A DNA stretch of 64,000 bases, from contig OY762209.1 in the NCBI GenBank assembly GCA_963665295.1, positions 768,001 through 832,000 of the forward strand, in the 5' to 3' direction. The DNA is from Syntrophorhabdaceae bacterium (lineage in GTDB: Bacteria; Desulfobacterota; Syntrophorhabdia; Syntrophorhabdales; Syntrophorhabdaceae). Below the pieces are notes generated by a model. It was not told where the DNA came from, did not search any database, and saw nothing but the letters and a program-made list of their open reading frames with translations. Position 1 is the first letter of the stretch. Each line of letters begins with the position of its first letter. Shown here piece after piece: positions 1 to 9,487 of this stretch. The translations under genes were made by a program, and so were the position numbers.

Positions 1-931
1 ATTCGTGGAAGAAGGACTTGAGACTGCCCTTACCGGACACAAAGCAGAGCGAGTCTACGAGAAGAAGGCGGATGGCGATTTCGAGGCCCACCTCATTGCC
101 TTGAGCTGTAGCGAACCACCAGAAGGTTTTGCGAGGTGGACCTTGCGTATGCTCGCGAACCGGGCCGTAGCGCTCAATTATATCGAGAATATCTCCTATG
201 AAACCGTGCGTCGGGTTTTAAAAAAACGAAACAAAACCCTGGAAGCAGCAAGGATGGGTCATTCCACCGGAGGGCAATGCTGATTTCGTCGCCGCCATGG
301 AGAACGTACTCGATGTATATAAACGCCCGTATGATAAAAGATTCCCGGTGGTCTGTATGGATGAAACCCCAAGACAACTGATCAAAGAAACGCGTACCCC
401 GATTCCCCGCGCTCCGGGACGGCTCGAGCGTCACGACTACGAATACGAGCGATGTGGCGTCTGTACCGTATTTATGGCCAACGAACCATTGGCGGGCACG
501 CGCCTGACCAAGGTATCGGAAAGGAGAACGAAGCGCGACTGGGCGGAGTTCATCCGGGAACTTTCAGGACGGTATGGAAAGGCCAAAAGGATCACCCTTG
601 TCATGGATAACCTGAACACCCATAAACCCGGCTCTCTTTATGAAGCCTTTTCTCCCGAAGAGGCCAAACGCATCTGGGACCGCTTTGAATTCGTCTATAC
701 TCCCAAACATGGAAGCTGGCTCAATATGGCGGAGATTGAGCTTAACGTGCTCATTCATCAATGCCTGAGTCGCCGGATCGACACTCTCGCCGAGGTCCAC
801 TCCGCCGTGTCTGCCTGGCAGGCCCATCGCGACAATCTCAACGCAAAGGTGAACTGGCAATTTACTACTAAGGATGCGCGGGTGAAACTTAGGCGACTTT
901 ATCCGACATTAGATGAGTGACGTGACACTAG
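1..931 (+). mobile_element. IS630-family element A, copy 1 (left end outside window)
   Basis: Split transposase ORFs 5..283 and 297..920 with IS630 DDE motifs (CMDE, VMDNLNTH, WLNMAEIE). The right end GTGACGTGACACTAG matches the ends of the related copy at 11894..13119. Confidence 0.93.
5..920 (+). CDS. IS630 transposase (HTH ORF + DDE ORF joined by frameshift)
   Basis: Shifting to the +1 frame at TTTTAAAAAAAC (216..227) gives ...NETKPWKQQGWVIPPEGNADFVAAMENVLDVY, continuous with ORF 297..920. Confidence 0.88.
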
Positions 932-995
932 GTTCTTTGGAGATCATATACAAAAACCTGGCGAGCCTCAGGGAAGAGGCACCAAACAATATTAG
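930..995 (+). pseudogene. 3' remnant of a paralogous entry-exclusion lipoprotein gene cut by IS630
   Basis: Translates RFFGDHIQKPGEPQGRGTKQY*, versus RFFGDHMEKPGAPRGRGTKQY* at the end of 1008..1259. Confidence 0.85.
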
Positions 996-1007
996 GAGGG
1001 ATAGACC

Positions 1008-1259
1008 ATGAAGAAATTCTTGCTTCTTATCGCTGCCGTTTCGTTGCTTTCTGCCTGTGGTTCAAAAACCCCTGAGTATTACAAAGAACACCCCGCCGAA
1101 ATGAAGGCCAAAGCGGAAGCGTGTTCAAGAATGTCTGAAGCTGAGAAAATGGCTGACAGAGAGTGTGCAGCAATCAGTAAGGCCGATTCCGACCGATTCT
1201 TTGGGGACCACATGGAGAAACCGGGCGCACCGAGGGGAAGGGGCACCAAGCAATATTAG
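1008..1259 (+). CDS. Small lipoprotein, EexN/TrbK-like entry exclusion protein
   Basis: Lipobox LSAC, 'EYYKEHP..E.KAK...C' pattern, position immediately before trbL, AGGAGG RBS. Confidence 0.78.
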   Translation: MKKFLLLIAAVSLLSACGSKTPEYYKEHPAEMKAKAEACSRMSEAEKMADRECAAISKADSDRFFGDHMEKPGAPRGRGTKQY

Positions 1260-1268
1260 GAGGGCCAA

Positions 1269-2519
1269 ATGACACCGGATCCTGGAATACTCACCACTGT
1301 TTTGAATACGTTTAGCGATGCCTTCACGAACGGCCTTGGTTTCATTCATGGTGACGCCAAGTGGCTTCTCGGGACGCTCATCCTCATAGACCTCATTTTA
1401 GCTATAGTCCTCAATCTCAGTGACGGCGACCACATGAAAACATTGGTTTCAAAGATCCTTAAGTATGGGTTCTTCATATGGATCGTCATGGACTACAAGA
1501 CCTTCACCAACGTCATATTGAACACCTTTGAGATGATAGGTCTGAAAGCCGGAGGCGGATCCGTCACTAATGCGATGCTCAGCGATCCCTCAAATATTGC
1601 CAGTTACGGCATATGGGTTACAGAGCCCATCTTTGACTTTATCAACAACCTCGGTGCAGTGGATGTCATCAAAAATCTACACAAAGTAATTATTGCGGGA
1701 TGGACAGGGTTAATCATTATGCTCTGCTACTTCCTGATCGGTATCCAGATCTTCATAACTTACCTCGAATTCTACGTTGTTGCCACATTAGCGCTGATTC
1801 TTCTTCCTTTCGGGGTAAATAGACGTACCGCCTTTCTCGGGGAGAAGGCGATAGGAGCGGTCCTGTCCTTCGGCATAAAACTGATGGTCCTCGCGTTCAT
1901 CGCGGCGGTTGCCATTCCGCTTGTCAAGACGTGGTCACTCCCTGTCGATCCCACAAACAAACAGATGTTCTGTCTTCTTTTGGGCTCCCTCGCAATCACT
2001 TTTCTCGCGTGGCATGCTCCCACCATGGCATCAGGACTCCTCTCCGGGCACCCGACCCTTACGGCAGGAACTGCCGCAGGTACGGTGGTTGCCGGAGGGT
2101 GGGCAGCCGCCACGCTTGGTGGAGCCGCCGTAAAGGCAGGTCATAGCGCGACCATGGCGGCGGTCAGGGGAGGGAGTCAGGCAGCCGGAGCATACAAGGA
2201 AGGAGGAATGGGAGGAGTGGTAAGGCTCGGGGGTTCCTATATGTCAAAAGGAGCCCACAAGATCACGGATCCCTTCGTATCATCCTTTGACTCCGGCAGG
2301 AAGGCCGCTTCTTCGACTCCCGCCGCCTCCGAAGGAGGCTCAGGCAGCACGACAGGCGGCGGCAGTACCCGAGGAGCAGGGAGCGGTGATTCCTTTTCCC
2401 AGATGGATTTTGCGGCCATAAGAAAACGGCTGAGATACGTACCCAACTCCGTTCCCCCTTCGGAGACCAGAAAAGGGGGAAGCGCAAAGCCGGACCTTAA
2501 AGGAGGTGACAAATCATGA
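1269..2519 (+). CDS. trbL: Conjugal transfer protein TrbL (VirB6-like)
   Basis: Polytopic membrane protein with TAFLGEKAIGAV motif and a Gly/Ala-rich tail; operon context. Confidence 0.9.
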   Translation: MTPDPGILTTVLNTFSDAFTNGLGFIHGDAKWLLGTLILIDLILAIVLNLSDGDHMKTLVSKILKYGFFIWIVMDYKTFTNVILNTFEMIGLKAGGGSVTNAMLSDPSNIASYGIWVTEPIFDFINNLGAVDVIKNLHKVIIAGWTGLIIMLCYFLIGIQIFITYLEFYVVATLALILLPFGVNRRTAFLGEKAIGAVLSFGIKLMVLAFIAAVAIPLVKTWSLPVDPTNKQMFCLLLGSLAITFLAWHAPTMASGLLSGHPTLTAGTAAGTVVAGGWAAATLGGAAVKAGHSATMAAVRGGSQAAGAYKEGGMGGVVRLGGSYMSKGAHKITDPFVSSFDSGRKAASSTPAASEGGSGSTTGGGSTRGAGSGDSFSQMDFAAIRKRLRYVPNSVPPSETRKGGSAKPDLKGGDKS

Positions 2520-3205
2520 ATGAGCTGAATCAGCCAACTCAAACCTACAAACCCGAGGGGATACCCTTAACGCCCTATCTCAAGGCAAAAGAGATATGGG
2601 ATAACCGAATAGGCAGCGCAAGAGTCCAGGCGTACAACTGGCGCCTGGCCTTCTTTACTGCCGTAGGACTCTGCTTTGTCCTCGTTATCGGACTTATCTT
2701 CCAATCGGCAAAAAGCAGCGTTGCTCCATTCATAGTGGAAGTCGGCCCGGGAGGAGAACTCTTGGCCGTCAGCAAGGCAACCCAGGCGAACAGAGCCGCC
2801 AATGATCCCGAGATCAGATATTTCCTCGCAAAGTGGATAAAGGACGTGAGGGGTTTGCCCCTTGATGCGGTGGTCAAGAAGCAGTCCTGGATAAGCGCCT
2901 ATGGCTCCATGCGTCAGAAGGCAGCCCTCAAAATGAACGAGATCGTAAGGAAGGATGACCCCATGAGCAAGATCGGGGAAGAGACCATATCCGTCACCCC
3001 TGCTGCTATTGTCAAAATGTCTGACAAGACTTACCAGATCCGATGGACGGAAGACGTATTCTCGAAGGAAGGTTCTCCCAAGCAATCCTATCGGATGACG
3101 GGCCTTGTCACTATCGATTTTACCCAACCCACCAATGAAAAAGAGATCATGGCAAACCCGCTGGGGCTCTACATAAGCGACTTCTCATGGTCCAAGGAAC
3201 TTTAA
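2516..3205 (+). CDS. trbF: Conjugal transfer protein TrbF (VirB8-like)
   Basis: WDNRIGSARVQAYNWR and C-terminal NPLGLYISDFSWSKE. Confidence 0.93.
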   Translation: MNELNQPTQTYKPEGIPLTPYLKAKEIWDNRIGSARVQAYNWRLAFFTAVGLCFVLVIGLIFQSAKSSVAPFIVEVGPGGELLAVSKATQANRAANDPEIRYFLAKWIKDVRGLPLDAVVKKQSWISAYGSMRQKAALKMNEIVRKDDPMSKIGEETISVTPAAIVKMSDKTYQIRWTEDVFSKEGSPKQSYRMTGLVTIDFTQPTNEKEIMANPLGLYISDFSWSKEL

Positions 3206-3218
3206 AGGAGGTTTCGAT

Positions 3219-4211
3219 ATGCAACTTAATGGTTCTCCGTTCAAAGACGTATATAAGGCGTTTCTGGTAGGAATTTTGGGGGGCGGGCTCATCACTGTCT
3301 GCTCATTACCTTCAGCCAGCGTCATTCCCCTCGCCACGGCGGGAGACGGCCCTGCGCATACGAAACAGGCTGTCATGGTCCAGCCGCAGAAGCTCCCTGA
3401 CCTGCCCCAGGACCCCGAGGAGCCTATGACTCCTCGCGAAGAAAGAGATGCCCTCAAGGCATCAAAGTCAATTGACGCGGGAACCCGCGAGGGTTTGCAG
3501 AATGCGTCCGAGGCAGTGCAGGTCCAGGCAAAAGCATTTTTCTCATACAAGCCTACAGGGCTCTATCAAATCTACTGCCATGAAGGACACCTCACGGACA
3601 TTCAGCTGCAGCCCGGAGAGGACATCCTCTATATAGGCGGAGGAGACACCACCCGCTGGATAGTGGACAGGGCGCAGTCAGGAAACGGAGATGCAAAACA
3701 GTGGCATGTGTACGTAAAGCCCATGAAGTCAAACATCGCCACCAACTTCATGATCGCGACGGACAAAAGATCCTACCAGATCAGGGCTCGCTCAGGGAAT
3801 GTCTACAACCCTATCATAGGATGGACCTATCCCCTTGATGAAAAGGCGGCATACCTGAGAAAGCAAACTGAGAAAAAGGAGAAGGAAGAAGAGCAAATCT
3901 CAGGAACCGTCACTCCCGAGAAGATCAATTTCAACTACAAGATTGAAGAAAGATCCGGTTTCTTCGGAGGCTCCTATTCCTGGACTCCAAAGATGGTTTT
4001 CGATGATGGAACAAAGACGTACATCCAGATGGCCGCGACCATGTCTTCAGGAGAGGCTCCCGCGCTCTTCGTAAGCGACGGGAAGGAAGTAACCCTCGTC
4101 AACTACAGGGTCAAGAAAAACTACTACATCGTCGACCGCCTCTTTGCCCAGGCGGAGATGCGGAACGGCCTGAAAGAGATAGTGGTCATCAAGAAAGTCA
4201 ACAAGGACTAA
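3219..4211 (+). CDS. trbG: Conjugal transfer protein TrbG (VirB9-like)
   Basis: TDIQLQPGE, GDTTRW, FDDGTKTYI, VNYRV..NYYIVDRLF motifs. Confidence 0.93.
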   Translation: MQLNGSPFKDVYKAFLVGILGGGLITVCSLPSASVIPLATAGDGPAHTKQAVMVQPQKLPDLPQDPEEPMTPREERDALKASKSIDAGTREGLQNASEAVQVQAKAFFSYKPTGLYQIYCHEGHLTDIQLQPGEDILYIGGGDTTRWIVDRAQSGNGDAKQWHVYVKPMKSNIATNFMIATDKRSYQIRARSGNVYNPIIGWTYPLDEKAAYLRKQTEKKEKEEEQISGTVTPEKINFNYKIEERSGFFGGSYSWTPKMVFDDGTKTYIQMAATMSSGEAPALFVSDGKEVTLVNYRVKKNYYIVDRLFAQAEMRNGLKEIVVIKKVNKD

Positions 4212-4221
4212 GGAGGAGCGT

Positions 4222-5550
4222 ATGACGTTCTTTTCATCCACAAGATTCTCATCATTCTTCAAAAAAAGAAATCAACCACCGGAGAATGCCGCCGATGATT
4301 CTCTCACGGAGGAACCAAAGGAAGTAACCGGCAGCATCCTCAATCCGCCTGTTCCCACAGGTACGAGGTTTAACCGCAAGATGCTCATGATCCTCGGGTC
4401 GGCGGCTGGCCTTGTCATGATCTTTGCCGTTATGGCCGCCCTCCAACCCCCGAAGGACCTCACTCCCCGCGAGCAAGCGGAAGCGGCAAAGAAGCCCAGC
4501 ACGACCACCAACTACGCGCCCACCCCAGAGGCGATTTCGACCGCTCCCGACACTTACGCGGGCTTAAAGAGCTTTCAGGAGGCACAGCAGATCAGAAGAG
4601 GCGACATCCCGGGGAGGGGAGCCATTCCAGACCAGGACACGGGCACCGTGGGGAGTGTAAGGAACATCTCTTCGTCCTCAATCAACCAATACAACGCCCA
4701 GGCAGGAGGCAACGTCCCTCAACCATCCGAGGCGGAGAAGGAACGTCTTGATGCGAGAAAGAGCGCCATAAGATTTATGAATGCGTCGAGTACGATCCCG
4801 CAGGCCTCATCCCTCCCGCCGATCCCCGCCGTGATGCCTGCCCCGGTCAACGTGCCGGTCATGCCGTGGCAGAAGGACGACGACCAGAATATGCAGGCCG
4901 CGAAGCGGGACTTTGTGGCGGACAACGAGAAGGCGACCAAGGATGTTTACGTAAAGGGCACTGTCATATCCCCTCTTTCAAAATACGAGGTAAAGGCAGG
5001 CTCCATTATCCCCGGGGTCATGATTACCGGCATCAACTCCGATCTTCCGGGCAAGCTCACCGGGCAGGTGAGGGAGAACGTCTATGATACCGTCACCGGC
5101 AAGTATCTCTTAATCCCTCAGGGAACAAGGGTCATAGGAACCTATGATTCCAAGGTGGCCTATTCCCAGGAGAGGGTGTTGATCGTCTGGACCCGTCTCA
5201 TCTTCCCGAACGGCGATTCCATCGACCTCGAAGGTATGGCAGGCGTGGACCTCTCCGGTTACGCGGGTATGAAGGACAAGGTAAACAACCACTACGGCAA
5301 GCTCATCGCTGGAGTGGTTCTCAGTTCCATGCTCTCCGCCGGCGCGAAGGTAGCCGCAGGCAATAACGACGTGGGGACCGCCACATTCTCCCAGCAAGCA
5401 GTCTCAGGAGCAGCCCAGCAGGTCTCCACGGTAGGAGCCAAATTCGCGGACAGGAACCTCAATGTCCAACCCACCATAGAAATCAGACCCGGCATGAAAT
5501 TCAATGTCTTCGTCAACAAGGACCTTATCCTCAAGCGCTATCACGCATAA
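4222..5550 (+). CDS. trbI: Conjugal transfer protein TrbI (VirB10-like)
   Basis: N-terminal TM helix; GINSDLPG, VYDTVTG..LLIPQG, NVQPTIEIRPG motifs. Confidence 0.95.
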   Translation: MTFFSSTRFSSFFKKRNQPPENAADDSLTEEPKEVTGSILNPPVPTGTRFNRKMLMILGSAAGLVMIFAVMAALQPPKDLTPREQAEAAKKPSTTTNYAPTPEAISTAPDTYAGLKSFQEAQQIRRGDIPGRGAIPDQDTGTVGSVRNISSSSINQYNAQAGGNVPQPSEAEKERLDARKSAIRFMNASSTIPQASSLPPIPAVMPAPVNVPVMPWQKDDDQNMQAAKRDFVADNEKATKDVYVKGTVISPLSKYEVKAGSIIPGVMITGINSDLPGKLTGQVRENVYDTVTGKYLLIPQGTRVIGTYDSKVAYSQERVLIVWTRLIFPNGDSIDLEGMAGVDLSGYAGMKDKVNNHYGKLIAGVVLSSMLSAGAKVAAGNNDVGTATFSQQAVSGAAQQVSTVGAKFADRNLNVQPTIEIRPGMKFNVFVNKDLILKRYHA

Positions 5551-5559
5551 GGAGGACCC

Positions 5560-8277
5560 ATGCAGACTATCACACCGCTCACGAATGCGGGCGACGCGGC
5601 AAACTACTTCAAGAAGGACGATTACTACACACGAGACCAATCCGGGGGACGGGCCTGGATGGGGAAAGGTGCCCAGACACTCAACCTCAAAGAAGTGGAC
5701 CTCCCCACCTTCCAGGCGATACTCGAAGGAAAGGATTCCGAGGGTAACGTGCTTGTGGAAGCGGCTTCGAACGGCAAACACCGGGTAGGATGGGACCTGC
5801 ATTTTGCTCCATCGAAGAGCGTATCTCTCATATGGGCCTTCGGTACCGAGGAGCAGAGAGACCACATGATGGACTCTCACCACACAGCCGTTGAATCGGT
5901 CATGAAGTACGTGGAAGACAATCTTGTGGAAGCGCGAGGAAGAGTGGATGGCACGACCCGTCGCATGGGCACGGGCAACATGATCGCCGCCCGGTTCGAT
6001 CACTTCACTTCCCGCGAGATGGACCCACAGCTTCATTCTCACGTAGTAGTCGCCAACATGACCCAACGGAAGGATGGCAAGTGGCGGGCAGTTGCAAACG
6101 AGAAGATGTTCGCACGAGAGCTTCTCACCGCCATGTACGAGAACGAGCTTGCCGCAGAATTGAAGGAGAAGGGCTATACCGTCACCATGGCAAAGTACGA
6201 TACGGGCAACTCACGGTATGCCCGCATCGAGGGGATAGACGAAAGGATTGAAGACCACTTTTCGAAGAGACAAAGTCAGATCGACAGGGTCATAGCAGAC
6301 CTCAAAGAACGTTTACCCCTCGCCACGGCGGGCGAGCTCCGGCAGATGGCGTGCCTCGATACCCGCCAGGCGAAGAAGACCGTAGACCGTGAGGTGCTCC
6401 ACGATTCATGGGACCGCCAGCTTGAGAGCATCGGTTTTTCGAAAGAGCACATAACAGAATCTCTCGCGAAACAGGCGGAGCACCGGAAGCCCGAGGGAAT
6501 GGTCCTCACCGCTCAGGGTACCATCAAGATGGCCTCTTCGGCTCTTAACGAACAGGAGTCCACCTTCACCCGCGAGGATATCATGAAGACGGCAGCGAGG
6601 ATCTCCGGAGGCACTCACCGGAACAAAGCCCTTGAGGAAGCGTTTCTTCGGTTAAAAGGAAAGAGCATCGTCACCCTCGACAAGGACGCGGGGGTATACA
6701 CCACCAAGGAAATGACGGTAATAGAAAACGGCATCGTCACCGCAGTAGACGAGGGCCGGGGCACCATGCCCGCAGTCCTCAATGCTGCCCAGGTCCGGGA
6801 GCGGACCAGGGAACTCTACGACTATCTTACCGCAGATCAGAAGAAGGCCGTCGAACATATCCTCACCGCCCAGGACAGGGTGATCGGCATTCAGGGAGAC
6901 GCGGGCACCGGCAAGACCTCCATGCTCAATGCGGCGAGAGAGGAACTGGAGAAGAAAGGCTACACGGTAAGAGGCATGACCTTCACCGGCAAGGCAGCGA
7001 AGGAATTGCAGACCGGCGCAAGTGTCGAGTCGCAAACTCTCCACAGCTTCTTACCGAAGGTCCAGACGCCTGAGTTTACCTCCTCGCAGAAAGAAGCCTG
7101 GTTCATCGACGAGGTATCCATGGTCGGATCGAAGCAGATGGGAGAACTCATCCAGGCGGCAAGAGAAAAGAACGCGAGGGTCGTTCTGGTAGGAGATACG
7201 AAACAGCTTCAGTCCATAGAAGCCGGAAGGATGTTTCAGAAGCTTCAGGAAACTGGAGCGATGAAAACGGTCCACATGAAAGAGACACTCCGTCAGAAAG
7301 ATGAGGAGTACAAGCAGATCGTCGCTGACATCGCGGAGCGGAGAATAGACCGGGCGTTCACCAAAATGCAGGACCGCAACAAAGTGCATGAGATTGTGGA
7401 TGACCTGGAGAGAAGGGATGCAATAGTCAAGGAATTCGTCTCGCAGAAGGACCACGGGAACACCCTGGTCGTGACTCCTTTGAACAAGGATCGGAACAAC
7501 CTCAATGCCAACATCCGGAAGGCTCTCAAGGAGAAAGGCACACTGAAGGGTGAGGAGTACACGTTCATCGTACTCGAACCGAAGGCGATAGGACCGGCGG
7601 AGCGGCACTTCATAGAGTCCTATTCCCGGGGTGACGTGATCACCGCCGCGAAGGGAATGGAGGGGGTGAGGATCGGGACGAAAGGGAGGATCATGGAGGT
7701 TGATGTGCAGACCCACACCTTCACCCTGAGAACCGATACCGGGAAAACCGTAAGGGTCGACGTGGCCAAGCACGGCGACAGGCTCCGGGCTTTCGAGCCG
7801 AAACCCACCCGATTCACGCAGGGCGACAAGGTAGTCTTCCTGAATAACCAGCGAGCCCTTGGAGTACAAAACGGCCTTACCGGCGAGATCAAGAGTCTCG
7901 ACGAAAGAGGGAACATTACCGTGAAGTTGGACGCCGGGAAAGAGATTACCTGGAACATCCCGAGGGAGTACAACTACCTCGATCACGGATACGCGGTTAC
8001 CGATTACAAGAGCCAGGGGCAGACAAGCCGAAGAGTGATCTTCCACGCGAACACGGAGAAGCCCACATCCTATAATTCATTTTACGTCGCCATGACCAGA
8101 GGAAAAGACGACCTCAGGGTCTACACCAACGGTGCAGAGAGACTCCGGGAACAGGTCAAGAAGGAGATCACCAAAACATCGAGTCTGGATTACTCAACCA
8201 AGACTCTACCCAAGCCGCCGATTGAAAAGGCACCCGTCCGTGCCCCACAAATCCAGATAGGGAGGGAAGGAAGATGA
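5560..8277 (+). CDS. MOB_F (TrwC/TraI-like) relaxase with C-terminal RecD-like helicase
   Basis: N-terminal Y..DDYY, DLHFAPSKSVS, H.TSR..DPQLHSH (HUH); Walker A GDAGTGKT; HGYAVT..KSQG and YVAMTRG helicase motifs. Confidence 0.95.
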   Translation: MQTITPLTNAGDAANYFKKDDYYTRDQSGGRAWMGKGAQTLNLKEVDLPTFQAILEGKDSEGNVLVEAASNGKHRVGWDLHFAPSKSVSLIWAFGTEEQRDHMMDSHHTAVESVMKYVEDNLVEARGRVDGTTRRMGTGNMIAARFDHFTSREMDPQLHSHVVVANMTQRKDGKWRAVANEKMFARELLTAMYENELAAELKEKGYTVTMAKYDTGNSRYARIEGIDERIEDHFSKRQSQIDRVIADLKERLPLATAGELRQMACLDTRQAKKTVDREVLHDSWDRQLESIGFSKEHITESLAKQAEHRKPEGMVLTAQGTIKMASSALNEQESTFTREDIMKTAARISGGTHRNKALEEAFLRLKGKSIVTLDKDAGVYTTKEMTVIENGIVTAVDEGRGTMPAVLNAAQVRERTRELYDYLTADQKKAVEHILTAQDRVIGIQGDAGTGKTSMLNAAREELEKKGYTVRGMTFTGKAAKELQTGASVESQTLHSFLPKVQTPEFTSSQKEAWFIDEVSMVGSKQMGELIQAAREKNARVVLVGDTKQLQSIEAGRMFQKLQETGAMKTVHMKETLRQKDEEYKQIVADIAERRIDRAFTKMQDRNKVHEIVDDLERRDAIVKEFVSQKDHGNTLVVTPLNKDRNNLNANIRKALKEKGTLKGEEYTFIVLEPKAIGPAERHFIESYSRGDVITAAKGMEGVRIGTKGRIMEVDVQTHTFTLRTDTGKTVRVDVAKHGDRLRAFEPKPTRFTQGDKVVFLNNQRALGVQNGLTGEIKSLDERGNITVKLDAGKEITWNIPREYNYLDHGYAVTDYKSQGQTSRRVIFHANTEKPTSYNSFYVAMTRGKDDLRVYTNGAERLREQVKKEITKTSSLDYSTKTLPKPPIEKAPVRAPQIQIGREGR

Positions 8278-8459
8278 AGACAAACGGCACCCCGGCACAA
8301 CTCAGGGAGAAGGCAAAGGAGCTTCTGGCTCAGGCAGACAAACTCGAAGAGCAGCAGATGATCAAGATAGGAAGACTGATCATGAAGCACTATGAAGAGG
8401 GTTTCAAGGTCTTCGATACAGAGAAGTTCACAAAAGAAATAGAGGAGGTACTGTCATGA
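8274..8459 (+). CDS. Small coiled-coil hypothetical protein, translationally coupled to relaxase
   Basis: ATGA overlap with the relaxase stop; 61 aa. Confidence 0.65.
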   Translation: MKTNGTPAQLREKAKELLAQADKLEEQQMIKIGRLIMKHYEEGFKVFDTEKFTKEIEEVLS

Positions 8460-8602
8460 TCTTTACGTCAAAGAAGGAATCAAAACCGAAGAAGAAACGC
8501 CTTTCCAAGGTGACACTCTTCGTGCTCTTCGACCTCTACCGTAAGTCGAAACAACCCCCGTACGGCTTTTTGCCAAGCAAAAAGCGAACGATCTTTCGAT
8601 GA
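8456..8602 (+). CDS. Possible small basic protein (48 aa)
   Basis: ATGA overlap with the previous gene and GAGGAGG upstream; MIFTSKKESKPKKKRLSK...; below the ORF-track cutoff. Confidence 0.35.
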   Translation: MIFTSKKESKPKKKRLSKVTLFVLFDLYRKSKQPPYGFLPSKKRTIFR

Positions 8603-8719
8603 GTTGGGGCTTGCATGAAGGAGCCATTTTCACTCCCAGATCAAAAAAGGCAGTTGGGATGGGAGGGCCTGTCTCTCCCTTTCCCCGCCCGCCTGTATTT
8701 CATGCCCGTCGTGCGGTTG

Positions 8720-8910
8720 ATTGTTACACACCCAACGCAAAATGGAATGTTTGCAAGCCGTAGTACGGTCCCGGCGGAAAGCCTTGGTACCGGCAAGATC
8801 GCGGTACTACCGGCCTTCCCGGGTGAAGTACCGTGGGTCAATGCGACTGCGGAATTACTCGTCTTTCCGCCCATGGCGGTACTTCCGCTTTGTAGTACCG
8901 GTTGTACCGT
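8720..8910 (-). other. oriT (MOB_F type), predicted nic between 8728 and 8727 on the minus strand
   Basis: Minus strand reads TTTTGCGTTGGGTGT^GTAAC (F plasmid: TTTGCGTGGGGTGT^GGTG). Adjacent GCAAA-N8-TTTGC inverted repeat; several GTACCG/CGGTAC-like repeats toward the RHH genes. Confidence 0.8.
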
Positions 8911-8934
8911 CAAAATTGACGAAAGGAGGGGCGC

Positions 8935-9141
8935 ATGAGAGTAGAAATAACCCGTGCCGACTGCAGGAAACTCGACTGCATCAGGGGGCCGATGAGCAGG
9001 GGGGAGTACGTTCGGTTTCTCATCGAGACCCGGTACGCGGAGGATGAGAAGGAATGGGACGAACGGATGAAACTCCACCGTGCAATTAAACGGGCGAAGT
9101 ACCTACTTGAACTCGCAGCCAAAAAGGAGGCAAAGGAATGA
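8935..9141 (+). CDS. Small RHH-like DNA-binding protein
   Basis: Beta-helix-helix pattern (RVEIT...LDCIRG.MSRGEYVRFLI); next to oriT. Confidence 0.6.
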   Translation: MRVEITRADCRKLDCIRGPMSRGEYVRFLIETRYAEDEKEWDERMKLHRAIKRAKYLLELAAKKEAKE

Positions 9142-9485
9142 AACACATTTCAGTCAAACTTACCGAGGAAGCATACGACAAACTGCAAATCCTCCGAGGG
9201 AGTAAAAGCACCTCGGACTATGTCCGTGATCTTCTTTTCTCCGATGAGAAGGCAGTGGGAAGGGAGACGGCGGTTTTCAAAAACCTCATGAACGATATCG
9301 CCGCCATGAAGGATGATATCGGCTCTCTCATGAAAGAGCTTCCGAACCACGAGGGCCTCCTCGCCGTGGCCGCATACCTCACCCACGCCATGTCCATCGG
9401 AAACCCCACCGCCTATGCCCACCGCACGAACGAGATGAAGGATCTTTTCCAGAAGGTCAGGGCGACCGTCAAGAACGGGAGATAG
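9138..9485 (+). CDS. RHH relaxosome accessory protein (TrwA-like position)
   Basis: HISVKLTEEAYDKL..LRG..STSDYVRDLL; lies between oriT and the coupling protein. Confidence 0.7.
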   Translation: MKHISVKLTEEAYDKLQILRGSKSTSDYVRDLLFSDEKAVGRETAVFKNLMNDIAAMKDDIGSLMKELPNHEGLLAVAAYLTHAMSIGNPTAYAHRTNEMKDLFQKVRATVKNGR

Positions 9486-9487
9486 CG

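Noticed and set aside
3327..6332. 17-bp exact repeat CCCCTCGCCACGGCGGG in trbG and the relaxase
   Set aside because: Only two GC-rich copies, both inside coding sequence (PLATAG); compatible with chance.
8615..9146. Overlapping ORFs across the oriT region (8615..8938, 8641..9078, 8721..9047)
   Set aside because: No protein motifs; the region is better explained as oriT plus promoter.
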